The notes beneath the pieces were generated by a model. That model did no database searches, had not been told where the DNA came from, and saw only the letters and a list, made by a program, of their open reading frames with translations. A DNA stretch of 64,000 nucleotides. It comes from Candidatus Auribacterota bacterium (GTDB lineage Bacteria > Auribacterota > JAFGBW01 > JAFGJP01). The DNA is taken from contig JAGLFH010000030.1 in the NCBI GenBank assembly GCA_023144635.1, positions 18,386 to 82,385 of the forward strand, read 5' to 3'. Of the stretch, positions 1 to 10,468 are shown one piece after another (within the stretch, counting starts at the first letter, position 1; each line of letters begins with the position of its first letter). Position numbers and translations under genes: made by a program.

Positions 1-985
1 AGGGCTCATTAAAACATTTAACAAAACAGCAGAAGATATCTTTCATTTGAACAAAGAAGAAGTAACGGGAAAGATAATTTCAGATAAAAATGAATTAAAT
101 GTGATTGTGCGGGCATGTGCGAAAGTTATGAAAAGTGATGATTCTTCAGGTAGAATTGAAATTGATTTTTATGATGAGTTGGAGGCACAGACAAAGACTC
201 TTGCTGTATGGACTTCTTTTTTAAAGGGACATGACCAGAACATAAAGGGAATAATTGCTTTTTTTGATGATATTACTGAAGTAATAAAACTTAACCAGCT
301 TCTTCAACGTTCGGAACGTTTAGCTGCATTAGGTGAAATGGCTGCAGGCGTAGCTCATGAGATACGCAACCCGTTAAATTCTATAAGAGGGTTTGCCCAA
401 CTTTTCAGCGAAGGTATGGTCACACAGGATAAAACAAAGGACTCTGCGGATATAATAATCCGTGAAGTTGATCGTTTGAACGGTCTGGTGGTAGATCTTC
501 TTGATTTTGGTAGAGAACAGAAAATAGCAAAAAAAGAGGTCGATATCGTAGCGTTTATAAATGATACTATAACTTATGTCAAGCAGGGTCGAAAAGATGA
601 TGAAATAAAATGGGAGTCTGATTTTTCGTCTTCAGCTGTAAAGGTAAGTATTGATACTGATAAGATAAAGCAAGTGCTTATAAATCTATATCATAATGCT
701 CTTGATGCATTGAAAGACAAAAAAGACGGAGTTATAAAAAGTTCGATAGTTTTATCCTCAGATAAACCAGATATGCTCCTGCTTAAAATTGAAGATAACG
801 GATCAGGTATTCCAGAGAATGTAAAAAAGAAAATCTTCAATCCATTTTATTCTACTAAATCACGCGGAAGCGGATTAGGGCTTTCCATATGCCAGCGCAT
901 TATTGAAGGGCATGGCGGAGAAATAGATCTTTCCAGCAAAGAAAATGTTGGGACAGTTTTTAGTATAAGCCTACCGATATCATAA
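1..985 (+). CDS. sensor histidine kinase (PAS-like N-term, HisKA, HATPase_c); 5' end lies outside the window
   Basis: Reading frame open from nt 2 into ORF 47..985; H-box AHEIRNPLNSIRGF; N/G boxes LYHNALDA, EDNGSGIP, GSGLGLS. Confidence 0.85.
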   Translation, partial: GLIKTFNKTAEDIFHLNKEEVTGKIISDKNELNVIVRACAKVMKSDDSSGRIEIDFYDELEAQTKTLAVWTSFLKGHDQNIKGIIAFFDDITEVIKLNQLLQRSERLAALGEMAAGVAHEIRNPLNSIRGFAQLFSEGMVTQDKTKDSADIIIREVDRLNGLVVDLLDFGREQKIAKKEVDIVAFINDTITYVKQGRKDDEIKWESDFSSSAVKVSIDTDKIKQVLINLYHNALDALKDKKDGVIKSSIVLSSDKPDMLLLKIEDNGSGIPENVKKKIFNPFYSTKSRGSGLGLSICQRIIEGHGGEIDLSSKENVGTVFSISLPIS

Positions 986-1091
986 TTTAAGTGCTTAATC
1001 TATATTTCACTTGAAAAAAAAAGACAATAATGCTATTTTTCCAATTGCTGTTTTGATATTTGAAAGACCATTACTAGATATTATTATATAA

Positions 1092-1168
1092 GTGCCCATA
1101 GCTCAATTGGATAGAGTATTTGGCTACGGACCAAAAGGTTGGGGGTTCGACTCCTCCTGGGCACGCCA
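1092..1168 (+). tRNA. tRNA-Arg, anticodon ACG
   Basis: 77-nt cloverleaf read by eye: acceptor GTGCCCA/TGGGCAC, anticodon stem TTTGG/CCAAA with loop CTACGGA (anticodon ACG), T-arm GGGGG-TTCGACT-CCTCC, 3' CCA encoded. Confidence 0.85.
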
Positions 1169-1175
1169 TAATTAA

Positions 1176-1207
1176 GAGGGCAGAAGATTTTTCTGGCCTC
1201 TTTTTTT
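1176..1207 (+). terminator. rho-independent terminator downstream of the tRNA
   Basis: GAGGGCAGAA-gattt-TTCTGGCCTC stem followed by a T7 run. Confidence 0.6.
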
Positions 1208-1266
1208 GTTGTACAAAAACTTTAATAAAGAGATAATTTGAAAAACTTTTACATAATCGAAAAATC

Positions 1267-1722
1267 ATGTTTACACACGAATATTGGATGAAAAAAGCAT
1301 ATTTGGAGTCTTTGAAGGCATATCAAAATGGCGAAGTGCCGGTAGGCGCTGTTATTGTAAAAGGTAATTCTATTTTAGGAAAATCCGGAAACCAGGTTGA
1401 AAAGCTAAAAGACCCGACAGCGCATGCAGAGGTTCTTTGTATAACTCAGGCTTGTGAGCAATTAAGTGATTGGAGGCTTGAGGGTTGCTCATTATACGTT
1501 ACAAAAGAGCCCTGTATCATGTGTGCCGGAGCAATACGAAATGCGAGAATAAAAAAGGTGTTTTTTGGATTAAGGGATGCAAAAGAGGGTGCATGTGGCT
1601 CGCGTTTTGATCTTTTAAGAGATGAAAAAACCGGTTTTTTTGCGGATATCAGGGCAGGTATTATGGAACAGGATGTTAAAGAGCTGTTTGATGAGTTTTT
1701 TAAAAAAGTAAGAAAACAGTAG
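1267..1722 (+). CDS. tadA: tRNA-specific adenosine deaminase (CMP/dCMP deaminase fold)
   Basis: HAEV zinc-ligand motif and PCIMCAGA motif; 151 aa typical of TadA. Confidence 0.85.
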   Translation: MFTHEYWMKKAYLESLKAYQNGEVPVGAVIVKGNSILGKSGNQVEKLKDPTAHAEVLCITQACEQLSDWRLEGCSLYVTKEPCIMCAGAIRNARIKKVFFGLRDAKEGACGSRFDLLRDEKTGFFADIRAGIMEQDVKELFDEFFKKVRKQ

Positions 1723-1957
1723 GCGTGTATGTCGCAATATGTCCTTCAAAAGTCTTACTGAGGTTACCGCATGGGGATTACGATTTTTTGCAATGACGAC
1801 ATTTTACTTTTATATCATGCAAATCTGCATTCAATTTCTACAATCATTGCGCGTTAGCGCACCTTTAATTTTAGGCATTTTCAACTTTAGGGCACTTTAG
1901 ACACTTCCATTACAGGCTAACCGTCTTAACAGGTTAAACGGGCTAACAACTTTTCCT

Positions 1958-1985
1958 TTGACTATGTTAAATGTTTATATATAAT
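1958..1985 (+). promoter_or_regulatory. sigma70-like promoter upstream of rpmH
   Basis: TTGACT (1958-1963), 16-bp spacer, TATAAT (1980-1985), ~95 nt upstream of the rpmH ATG. Confidence 0.5.
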
Positions 1986-2079
1986 TAAATACTTTATTTT
2001 GCTTGACTTTATATGTATTTTCGATTATTTTAACAGCTTTTATTTATAAGTAATTTATTAACTAGCAGGAGTTGTACTG

Positions 2080-2226
2080 ATGAAAAGAACATACCAGCCG
2101 AAAAACCGTAAACGTGCTAAGACCCACGGATTTAGGGAAAGAATGAGCACTACAGGTGGAAGGAATATCCTTAAACGCCGTAGAAAAAAGGGTAGGAAAA
2201 AACTTACTGTTTCAGATGAAGCTTAA
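2080..2226 (+). CDS. rpmH: 50S ribosomal protein L34
   Basis: Hand translation gives [48 protein letters not shown]; absent from the ORF track because it is under 60 aa. Confidence 0.9.
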   Translation: MKRTYQPKNRKRAKTHGFRERMSTTGGRNILKRRRKKGRKKLTVSDEA

Positions 2227-2551
2227 TCCTTTTACTAAGAAATACCGGATATACAGGCAAAAAGAATTTGAATTAGTTTTTAAAAACGGAAAAGTGTTTA
2301 GAACAAATATTTTTAAAGCATATTTGTCTTCAAATGGAATGGAATTTTCACGTTTAGCTGTTGTTGTTTCAAGAAAAGTTGGAAATGCTGTATTGAGAAA
2401 TAAGGTGAAAAGGATCTGCAGAGAGTGGTTTCGCAAAAAAAACTTAAGCTTTTCTGTTAATTCCGATCTTATAATTCTCTTTAGAAATAAAATAGATGAT
2501 TTTTCAGGAAAGATGCTAAGTGTTAAACTCGAAGAGATAATAATTTTCTAG
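2216..2551 (+). CDS. rnpA: RNase P protein component
   Basis: [22 protein letters not shown]... with basic [12 protein letters not shown] region. ATG at 2216 overlaps the rpmH 3' end, which is the conserved rpmH-rnpA arrangement; the track ORF begins upstream at GTG 2156. Confidence 0.85.
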   Translation: MKLNPFTKKYRIYRQKEFELVFKNGKVFRTNIFKAYLSSNGMEFSRLAVVVSRKVGNAVLRNKVKRICREWFRKKNLSFSVNSDLIILFRNKIDDFSGKMLSVKLEEIIIF

Positions 2552-2558
2552 AACTTAA

Positions 2559-2771
2559 ATGATTAAAAAAACAATTTTATTTTTTATTCGTCTTTATCAG
2601 AAAATATTGTCACCGATCGTTGGAAGATGCTGCAGGTTTGAACCATCGTGTTCACACTATATGATACATGCAATAGAAAAGAAGGGATTAATTAAAGGGA
2701 TTGCTAAGGGCAGTTGGAGAATACTAAGATGTAATCCTTTTTCAAAAGGCGGATTTGACCCTGTGGAGTAG
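2559..2771 (+). CDS. yidD: membrane protein insertion efficiency factor YidD
   Basis: 70 aa with cysteine-rich [11 protein letters not shown] motif characteristic of YidD/DUF37; sits between rnpA and yidC. Confidence 0.85.
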   Translation: MIKKTILFFIRLYQKILSPIVGRCCRFEPSCSHYMIHAIEKKGLIKGIAKGSWRILRCNPFSKGGFDPVE

Positions 2772-2779
2772 GACACAAT

Positions 2780-4438
2780 ATGGATAAAAAGACATTAACA
2801 GCTTTTGTATTGATTTTTTTGATAGCAATAATTTACCCGCGCGTACTTCGTACGATGTTTCCTGATCTTGTTCCTCCTCCTGTTGAAGAACAAACAATTG
2901 ATGAGCCGGCGCTAACTACAGATAAGAAAATAGATGGTGTATATAGTGAAAAAGCGCCTTCTGCCAATAAAGAGAAGGAAGAGTCTGAAATTGTTAGTGA
3001 CAATAATGATGATTTAAGCCTTGTAGAATTTGATGAAAAGATCTTTTCTTTTGAATCAGAAGAGATGTTGTTTAATTTTTCTAACCGTGGCGGCAGTATT
3101 CAGGCTGTAGATTTTTTGAAATACCCTACCAGCTATAGTTTTACTTCATCTGAAGATTATATTTTGGGATTATCTTCTGTAGGTAGCTTATCAGGATTGG
3201 AAAATCTGGAATTTGTCGTGACAGAAAACAGTGAGAGACGTATTGTTCTGGAATCTGTTTTAAAAGACGATGAACTCAAAATAGAAAAAATACTTGAGAG
3301 AACAGATAAAGAGCATTTTTATACTTTCCGATTACGAATTACAAATAATTCACAGAATAAATATTATATGAAAGATGGGCCGGTGATAAATGCCGGAAGT
3401 GTCATTTTTGACGAAAAGGATAAAAGACGTAAGCGCTATGCTGCCCAGGAAGCTACTGCTTTTATGATAAGTGAAGAAGTCCAGAGAATTAAAAAAAATG
3501 ATATCGAAGGATCGATCTGGAAAGATAATAAATATATATGGGTCGGAATTCAGGACCCTACGGTTTGCTTTATCTTCATGGAAAAGGAAAAGATACTTGC
3601 TGGCTGGAATATTTCGAAAAAGATAGAGCTTTTTACAAAAGATGATGATGCAGATAACATTGAAATAATTACTTCTTCTGCAAAACTTAGAAGTATTGAT
3701 ATTGCTCCAATGGATACAGTGGAATATGAAGTAGCATTCTATGCAGGACCCAAATTATATTACCATCTTGCTTCTATTGGTGAAGATTTTAATAAGATAA
3801 TTGATTTTGGAAAAATGCTTGCTCCAATTAGCCGTACAATAATATGGGGTCTTAACAAGCTTTATAGTTTTTTCCATAATTACGGTATTTGTATAATCAT
3901 ACTTACTATTATGATTAAAATAATGCTTTATCCGCTTACTCATTCCAGTATGAAGTCGATGAAGCGCATGAAAGATCTTCAGCCTCATATGGATGAGATC
4001 CGTGAGCAATATAAGAGCGATCCTCAAAAAATGAACAGAGAGGTAATGGCGCTTTATAAAAAGCATAAAGTAAATCCTCTTGGCGGATGTTTACCTATGT
4101 TTTTACAGCTTCCTATCTTTTTTGCGCTTTTTAAGACACTTAATAATGCAGTTGAGCTTAATGGTGCTTCTTTTCTCTGGATAAAAGACCTATCAGCTCC
4201 TGATGCTGTGCCTATAGGGCCTTATTTTGTAAATATATTACCGCTTATAATGGGTGTTACCCAGTTTATTAGTCAGAAACAGACAATTACAGATAAGCGT
4301 CAGGCACAGATGATGATGTTTATGCCTATATTGTTTACTTTTATTTTTTATAATATGCCTTCAGGGCTTGTTTTATACTGGCTCATAAGCAATGTTCTTT
4401 CAATTATTCAGCAATCGATGATAAACAAAAAAGGATAA
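2780..4438 (+). CDS. yidC: membrane protein insertase YidC
   Basis: N-terminal TM, large periplasmic domain, C-terminal 5-TM 60-kDa insertase core; conserved gene order. Confidence 0.9.
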   Translation: MDKKTLTAFVLIFLIAIIYPRVLRTMFPDLVPPPVEEQTIDEPALTTDKKIDGVYSEKAPSANKEKEESEIVSDNNDDLSLVEFDEKIFSFESEEMLFNFSNRGGSIQAVDFLKYPTSYSFTSSEDYILGLSSVGSLSGLENLEFVVTENSERRIVLESVLKDDELKIEKILERTDKEHFYTFRLRITNNSQNKYYMKDGPVINAGSVIFDEKDKRRKRYAAQEATAFMISEEVQRIKKNDIEGSIWKDNKYIWVGIQDPTVCFIFMEKEKILAGWNISKKIELFTKDDDADNIEIITSSAKLRSIDIAPMDTVEYEVAFYAGPKLYYHLASIGEDFNKIIDFGKMLAPISRTIIWGLNKLYSFFHNYGICIIILTIMIKIMLYPLTHSSMKSMKRMKDLQPHMDEIREQYKSDPQKMNREVMALYKKHKVNPLGGCLPMFLQLPIFFALFKTLNNAVELNGASFLWIKDLSAPDAVPIGPYFVNILPLIMGVTQFISQKQTITDKRQAQMMMFMPILFTFIFYNMPSGLVLYWLISNVLSIIQQSMINKKG

Positions 4439-4464
4439 ATCAAAACTATCCAAAGGAGGTTTGT

Positions 4465-5823
4465 ATGGCTGAACAAACAAAGTATATTCTTCCGGAATCA
4501 GAAATGCCTACATCATGGGTAAATATTTTACCTTTGCTAAAAAATCTGGATCCTCCTCTTCATCCTGGAACAGGAAAACCGGCAAGCCCGGAAGATTTTG
4601 CTCCTATTTTTCCAAATAGTCTTATTATGCAGGAAGCATCTCCTGAGAAAACCATTGAAATACCTGAAGAACTTTTAAAAATATTACGTATGTGGAGGCC
4701 TACACCTTTAATAAGAGCACGCAGACTTGAAGAAGTTCTTGGAACACCTGCGAAGATATATTACAAATATGAAGGTGCGAGCCCTGCAGGAAGCCATAAA
4801 CTTAATTCAGCAATAGCACAAGCCTATTATAACAAACAAGAAGGCGTTAAAAGGCTTACAACTGAAACAGGTGCCGGACAGTGGGGCAGTGCTATAGCTA
4901 TGGCTGCAAATTTTTTCGGCCTTGATTGTACTGTTTATATGGTAAAAGTCAGCTTTACCCAGAAACCTTATAGAAAAAGTGTTATGCGTATTTTTGGGGC
5001 AGAGGTTTTTGCCAGCCCAAGCAATAAGACAGAATCTGGAAAAAAGATTCTTGAACTTGATCCTGAAACTCCGGGAAGCCTTGGTATTGCAATTAGTGAA
5101 GCTGTTGAAGATGCTGTTAAGCATGATGATGCAAAATATACGCTTGGAAGTGTTTTAAACCATGTGATTCTTCATCAGACCATAATTGGACAGGAAGTAA
5201 AAAAACAGTTTGAACTACTTGGTGAAAAACCGGATATTCTTATAGGATGTTGCGGGGGCGGCAGTAACTTTACAGGATTTATAGTACCTTTTGTAGAGCA
5301 GATTATGAATGGTGAAAAAATTGAGCTGATAGCAACAGAACCTCATTCTTGTCCTACTCTCACAAAAGGTGTTTTTGAGTATGATTTTGGTGATACTGCA
5401 CAGCTTACTCCGCTTATAAAGATGTATACCCTCGGACATGATTTTATTCCGCCTGCGATACATTCAGGAGGTCTTCGCTATCATGGTGATGCACCTATCC
5501 TTAGCAGATTAAAAAAAGACGGTATAGTTAAAGCAAGGGCTTATAATCAGCTTGAGGTTTTTGATGCTGCTATGACTTTTGCAAAGGCTGAGGGGATCAT
5601 TCCTGCTCCGGAAAGTGCTCATGCAATTAAAGGTACTATTGATGAAGCAATAAAAGCAAAAGAAGAAGGAAAAGAAAAAGTGATCGCATTTAATCTAAGC
5701 GGACATGGATTTTTAGACCTTACTGCATATGAAGCTTACATGGACGGTAACCTTAAAGATTATGAGTATCCAAAAGAGCTTGTTGAAAAATCTTTGGAAA
5801 AATTACCGAAAGTTGGAGATTGA
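4465..5823 (+). CDS. trpB: tryptophan synthase beta chain, TrpB2 subfamily (PLP-dependent)
   Basis: 452 aa (long TrpB2 type); PLP-lysine motif GSHKLN; [16 protein letters not shown] and GGGSN motifs. Confidence 0.8.
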   Translation: MAEQTKYILPESEMPTSWVNILPLLKNLDPPLHPGTGKPASPEDFAPIFPNSLIMQEASPEKTIEIPEELLKILRMWRPTPLIRARRLEEVLGTPAKIYYKYEGASPAGSHKLNSAIAQAYYNKQEGVKRLTTETGAGQWGSAIAMAANFFGLDCTVYMVKVSFTQKPYRKSVMRIFGAEVFASPSNKTESGKKILELDPETPGSLGIAISEAVEDAVKHDDAKYTLGSVLNHVILHQTIIGQEVKKQFELLGEKPDILIGCCGGGSNFTGFIVPFVEQIMNGEKIELIATEPHSCPTLTKGVFEYDFGDTAQLTPLIKMYTLGHDFIPPAIHSGGLRYHGDAPILSRLKKDGIVKARAYNQLEVFDAAMTFAKAEGIIPAPESAHAIKGTIDEAIKAKEEGKEKVIAFNLSGHGFLDLTAYEAYMDGNLKDYEYPKELVEKSLEKLPKVGD

Positions 5824-7397
5824 TGGCAAAACAATTGTTCTCAGGTAATGAAGCTATTGCTTTTGGGGCTTACGAGGCAGGCGTGCATGTTGCCACTGGT
5901 TATCCGGGTACTCCGAGCTCAGAGATCATGCCGGCTCTTATTCCATACCCTGAGGTAAATATTGAGTGGTCTGTTAATGAAAAAGTAGCTCTTGAAGTTG
6001 CTATTGGATCTTCATATTCCGGCGCGAGATCACTTGTTACAATGAAGCATGTTGGTGTTAATGTTGCGGCTGATCCTTTAATGACTCTTTCATATACTGG
6101 TGTAAAAGGCGGTCTTGTTATTATCAGTGCTGATGATCCTAATTGCAACAGTAGTCAGAATGAGCAGGATAATCGTCATTTCGCCCGCTTTGCCAAGATA
6201 CCTATTTTAGAACCATCGAACAGTCAGGAAGCATTTGATTTTACAAAAGAAGCTTTTTCATTAAGTGAAAAATATAAAACACCTGTAATGCTTCGAGTAA
6301 CAACACGAGTATGTCATACGAAAACCCCTGTTTCTTCAGAAGGTAAAAGACAAGAAATAAAAATAGAGGGTTTTACCAAAGATCCATCCTGTTATGTAAT
6401 GATACCTGCTCATGCACGAAAAAAGCATGTTGTTATAGAAAAAAGGCTTTTAGATTTGCAGAAAGAAAGTGATGCTTCTTCTTTAAATTATGTCGAAAAA
6501 GGTGAGAGGTCTGTGGGTATCATAACATCAGGCCTTTCTTACCAATATGTCAAAGAAGCTGCAGACGGAGAATGGATATTCAAGCTCGGAATGAGTTATC
6601 CTCTTCCGATAAATAAGATTCGTGAGTTTACTAAAAACCTTGAAAAAGTATATGTTGTTGAAGAACTTGACCCATTTTTAGAAAAAGAACTTATTTATAA
6701 TGGGATCAAGGTTGAAAAGAGAGATAAAAAATTCTATCTTGGTGAGCTTAATACAGAAAGGGTAATGGAAATACTTGGAAAAAAAGATGCTGTTTTAGAG
6801 GGAGATAAACCTGAAAAAATAAAAGATATTCCTCTGCGTCTTCCTGTTTTATGTCCCGGCTGTGCTCACCGAAGCGTTTTTCAGGTTTTAAGAGATATGA
6901 ATTATATTGTTACCGGAGATATCGGTTGTTACACTTTAGGTACTCTGCCTCCGCTCTCTGCGCTTGATACATGTGTATGTATGGGAGCAGGAATCGGAAA
7001 TGCACAGGGAATATACAAAACAAAAAAAGATGAAAGGCTCGTTGCAGTAATAGGCGACTCTACTTTTGTGCATTCAGGTATTACTTCTCTTATTAATGCA
7101 GTCTACAACAAAAACAAGATAACAGTTATTATCCTTGATAACCGTACAACTGCCATGACAGGTGGTCAGCCTCATCCAGGTATCGACCAAACTGTAAGAG
7201 GTGAGAAAACAAAAGCTCTTGATTTTGAGGAGCTGGGGCGTGCTTTGAAAGTGGATTATGTGAAGACAGTTGATGCTTATCAAAAAGCAGAACTTCAAGA
7301 AAGTCTTGAAATAGCTGAAAAAACAGACGGTGTTTCTTTAATAATAGCAAAACGGGATTGTGTGCTTTTAAAGAAAAGAGAAACCTCAAAAGAATAA
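5820..7397 (+). CDS. iorA: indolepyruvate:ferredoxin oxidoreductase alpha subunit (TPP-binding, Fe-S)
   Basis: [11 protein letters not shown]-terminal motif, CPGCAHRS cysteine motif, TPP-binding GDIGCYT...GDSTF region; start overlaps the trpB2 stop (ATGA). Confidence 0.8.
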   Translation: MMAKQLFSGNEAIAFGAYEAGVHVATGYPGTPSSEIMPALIPYPEVNIEWSVNEKVALEVAIGSSYSGARSLVTMKHVGVNVAADPLMTLSYTGVKGGLVIISADDPNCNSSQNEQDNRHFARFAKIPILEPSNSQEAFDFTKEAFSLSEKYKTPVMLRVTTRVCHTKTPVSSEGKRQEIKIEGFTKDPSCYVMIPAHARKKHVVIEKRLLDLQKESDASSLNYVEKGERSVGIITSGLSYQYVKEAADGEWIFKLGMSYPLPINKIREFTKNLEKVYVVEELDPFLEKELIYNGIKVEKRDKKFYLGELNTERVMEILGKKDAVLEGDKPEKIKDIPLRLPVLCPGCAHRSVFQVLRDMNYIVTGDIGCYTLGTLPPLSALDTCVCMGAGIGNAQGIYKTKKDERLVAVIGDSTFVHSGITSLINAVYNKNKITVIILDNRTTAMTGGQPHPGIDQTVRGEKTKALDFEELGRALKVDYVKTVDAYQKAELQESLEIAEKTDGVSLIIAKRDCVLLKKRETSKE

Positions 7398-7432
7398 AAG
7401 TTGGGCATATATTTAAGGAATTGAAAAAGTAG

Positions 7433-8017
7433 ATGACTAAAAATGAAAATACAGATATTGTGATTTGCGGAGTTGGCGGACAGGGTGTAATTCTTGCTTC
7501 TAAAGTTTTAGCAACTGCCGCGCTTTTACAGGGTTTTGATGTTAAGGCTAGTGAAGTCCACGGTATGGCTCAGCGAGGAGGTTCTGTCTTAAGTCAGGTA
7601 AGAATAGGAAAAGAAATATTTTCTCCTACTATACCGCTTTGCAAAGCTAGTACTTGTCTTAGCTTTGAAGAATTGGAGGCTTTGCGTTATCTGCCGTACT
7701 TAAAAGAAAAAGCAATGATCGTTGTTAACAATAAAAGAATAGATCCTTTGCTTGTTGAGTTAAAACAGGCTAAATATCCTGAGAATGTAATTGATCTTCT
7801 TAAGGAAAAAGGTTTCAATGTCTCTTCTATTAATGGAGAAGAAACGCTAAAGGAAAAAGGTTTTCCTCTTAAAGCTCTTAATATTTTACTTCTTGGAGTT
7901 GCTTCTAAAACAATACCTATTGCTGAAGAGTTTTTTTTAACGGCTATAGAAAAATCAGTGCCATTGAAAACAGTTGAAATCAATAAAGAAGTCTTTATGC
8001 TTGGAAGGTCTTTTTGA
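7433..8017 (+). CDS. iorB: indolepyruvate:ferredoxin oxidoreductase beta subunit
   Basis: DIVICGVGGQGVILASKVLA...HGMAQRGGSV, typical of the pyruvate/2-ketoacid Fd-oxidoreductase gamma-like domain; follows iorA. Confidence 0.8.
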   Translation: MTKNENTDIVICGVGGQGVILASKVLATAALLQGFDVKASEVHGMAQRGGSVLSQVRIGKEIFSPTIPLCKASTCLSFEELEALRYLPYLKEKAMIVVNNKRIDPLLVELKQAKYPENVIDLLKEKGFNVSSINGEETLKEKGFPLKALNILLLGVASKTIPIAEEFFLTAIEKSVPLKTVEINKEVFMLGRSF

Positions 8018-8076
8018 AAAGGATCAACTATTTAGTCGTTTCTTCTATCTTTTAGCACTATCTATGATCTTTACTT

Positions 8077-8946
8077 TTACTGTTTTATTCCTGGCTTGGC
8101 TTGGCGTAAATATTCTTTAATACTTATGGCAACCGTTTCAGCCTGCTTGGCAGGACTCCAGAAGAAACTCCCGTTTGGAGACCAGCATTGAGCGGAATTA
8201 AAATTATCTATAAGACGCTGATATGCTTTTAGTGATTTTTTAAATTCTCTTTTAAACCTGTATGCTTCTCCCATGATGAAATAGCATGTTCCTACATCAT
8301 TTAATGCCCAGTAATCGAAAGATTTATTGGTTTTTGCATATTGTTTAAGCTGTGATTGCATTTTTTTAGCAGATTCTTTGTAAAGCTGGATACATTTTCT
8401 GCAATATACAAGAGATAAATCATATTCGCCTGTATTGAATGACTCCCATGCTTTTGCTGTTAATGTTTGAGAAGTATAATCGCCAAAACTTATATTTGTA
8501 TTCATAAGCATTATCTGATCATTAGCAGCTTCTGAGATATTCCAATACCACCCTTGAGGGTTCCAGCATTGCGAAAAACTGAAATTTTCAATTATCATAT
8601 TGAAACTATTTTTTGCCTCCTCTATTTTATCCTGCATAAAATATGCACGTCCTTTAATAAAATAACAGGTTGCAATATCATTAAGAGACCAATAGCTTTT
8701 TATGTTTTTTTCGTCAGGAAAATCATTAAGAGATGAATGCATATCAATGGCATTTCCTTCAAATTTTTCAATACAAAGATCTGCTTGTTTAATTGCCAGT
8801 TCGTAATTTCCGTTGCTCAGTGCTTTCCATGAGCTAATGGTAAGCGTATTTGAAATATCTTTGTCGGATGTTAAATCCTGTGCATATGTATTATCAATTA
8901 CGGTAATTGATAATATTATAAAAAGTGTACGGACTATTTTGATCAT
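8077..8946 (-). CDS. secreted TPR-like repeat protein, function unknown
   Basis: Signal peptide ending ...NTYAQD; two internal repeats with motif CYFI(K/M)G.AY...(S/A)QCW(N/S)P.G..W. Confidence 0.5.
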   Translation of the reverse strand: MIKIVRTLFIILSITVIDNTYAQDLTSDKDISNTLTISSWKALSNGNYELAIKQADLCIEKFEGNAIDMHSSLNDFPDEKNIKSYWSLNDIATCYFIKGRAYFMQDKIEEAKNSFNMIIENFSFSQCWNPQGWYWNISEAANDQIMLMNTNISFGDYTSQTLTAKAWESFNTGEYDLSLVYCRKCIQLYKESAKKMQSQLKQYAKTNKSFDYWALNDVGTCYFIMGEAYRFKREFKKSLKAYQRLIDNFNSAQCWSPNGSFFWSPAKQAETVAISIKEYLRQAKPGIKQ

Positions 8947-9085
8947 AATAGGTCCTTTTGAAAAATAATTAATCCCCTTAACTATATATAACTCTCATTA
9001 GTGAAAAATAAAAGAGAAAAATGTATATTATGATCCGGCAGGGTTCTGAAGTAGACGACTTTTAATTACTTTCTGACTATTAAGA

Positions 9086-10378
9086 TCATCTTTTATCTAT
9101 TATATTGGTTTCTTTTTTCCAAGGATAGGGAATAGTCTTTGGCTCTACAAGTCTTATTGAGGCATTTACTCTTAGATTATCGGTTATATCCTGTTTTATG
9201 TTTAATTTTGTATCTTCCATTTTTCTTATCTGATCTACAAATAGCTCGCTTGTCACTCCTACCTCGATTTCCATACGGTCGCGATTGTTTGCTCTTTCAA
9301 TAATTATTCGGTAGTTTTTTGTAGTATGTTCATAGCTAGAAAGAATTTTTTCTATATGCTTTGGCAGGAAAGAAATTCCATTTATGATCAAGCGTTCATC
9401 AGTATGATTCAAAATCTTTTGTATCCTTGAAAAGTTCCTTCCGCAAGAACATTTTTCAATAATCAAAGATGTTATGTTTCCTGTTCGGTACCTCAGAAGA
9501 GGAAATCCTTCACGGTTTATAGTAGTAAGTACAAGTTCTCCCGTTTTTCCTTCTAAAAGAGACTTTCCTGTCTTTGGATCGATGATCTCTGCTATAAAGT
9601 GATCATCATTGATATGTATACCGCATTTTTTTTCGCATTCTCCTCCAACTCCAGGACCTATTATTTCTTCCATTCCGTAAATTTCGGAAACTTTTATCAT
9701 AAAAGTTTCTTCAATCCTTTTTTGGTGGTAATGAGGCAGGATCTCTCCTCCAACGATTATGCTTTCTAAAGAAAGATCTTGCGGGCTGATCTTTCTTTGT
9801 TCTATTACGTCTGAGAGTGCAAGAGCATTAAAAGGCGTTGTTATGAGTTTTGTGACCCTATATGATCTAAGAATATCGATGATCTCTTCAGGGTTGGAAT
9901 CAAAACATGGAATTACCGAAGAACCAAGAAGTTCTGCTCCGTACATAACGACAAAGGCTCCGTTGATTATATTGCCGTTAAAGTTTATAAGTACTACATC
10001 ATCTTTTTTTACTCCTACTGAACATAATACGCGGGCAGTCAGCTTTGAAAGTTTTATGATATCGCTTTGAGTATAGCCTACAACAACAGGTAATCTGAAA
10101 GGAACTGATGTCGGATAAATTCTTACTATTTCCCTAAGCGGTACGGAAAACATCCCGTACGGATGATGTCTGACAAGGTCTTCACGAGTTATTAGTGGAA
10201 GTTTTTGAATATCTTCTATATTGGTAAAATCTTCTGTAGATATATTTTTCTTTTGAAAGTAATCTTTATAGAAAGGAATGACTTTAATGATTCTGTTTAA
10301 AGTAGCCTGCAGGCGTTCTATTTGTATCTGCTCAATTTCTTTTCTATCCATTGTTTCCAGTTTTTCATTTAGAAACAT
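9086..10378 (-). CDS. PaaK-family (phenylacetate-CoA ligase / F390-synthetase-like) paralog with degenerate P-loop
   Basis: Aligns along its length with the 15814..17115 protein, but the SSGTTGKPT loop is replaced by TSVPFRLPV and the GYGLFTGG motif by NGNIINGA. Confidence 0.7.
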   Translation of the reverse strand: MFLNEKLETMDRKEIEQIQIERLQATLNRIIKVIPFYKDYFQKKNISTEDFTNIEDIQKLPLITREDLVRHHPYGMFSVPLREIVRIYPTSVPFRLPVVVGYTQSDIIKLSKLTARVLCSVGVKKDDVVLINFNGNIINGAFVVMYGAELLGSSVIPCFDSNPEEIIDILRSYRVTKLITTPFNALALSDVIEQRKISPQDLSLESIIVGGEILPHYHQKRIEETFMIKVSEIYGMEEIIGPGVGGECEKKCGIHINDDHFIAEIIDPKTGKSLLEGKTGELVLTTINREGFPLLRYRTGNITSLIIEKCSCGRNFSRIQKILNHTDERLIINGISFLPKHIEKILSSYEHTTKNYRIIIERANNRDRMEIEVGVTSELFVDQIRKMEDTKLNIKQDITDNLRVNASIRLVEPKTIPYPWKKETNIIDKR

Positions 10379-10468
10379 AATATATATCCTCCTGTTTCAA
10401 ATGACAAAAAACGCACTTGATTTTTATAATAACTAATTTTTTTTAACAAAATAACTTCATTCGGTTTT

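Noticed and set aside
1074-1268. 64-aa minus-strand ORF
   Set aside because: Entirely overlaps the tRNA-Arg gene and its terminator; shadow ORF.
1723-2079. Possible oriC next to rpmH-rnpA
   Set aside because: No dnaA gene adjacent (tadA is there instead) and no clustered DnaA-box-like 9-mers seen; only a plausible sigma70 promoter.
2212-2436. 74-aa minus-strand ORF inside rnpA
   Set aside because: Antisense to a well-supported rnpA frame; no RBS; AT-rich shadow ORF.
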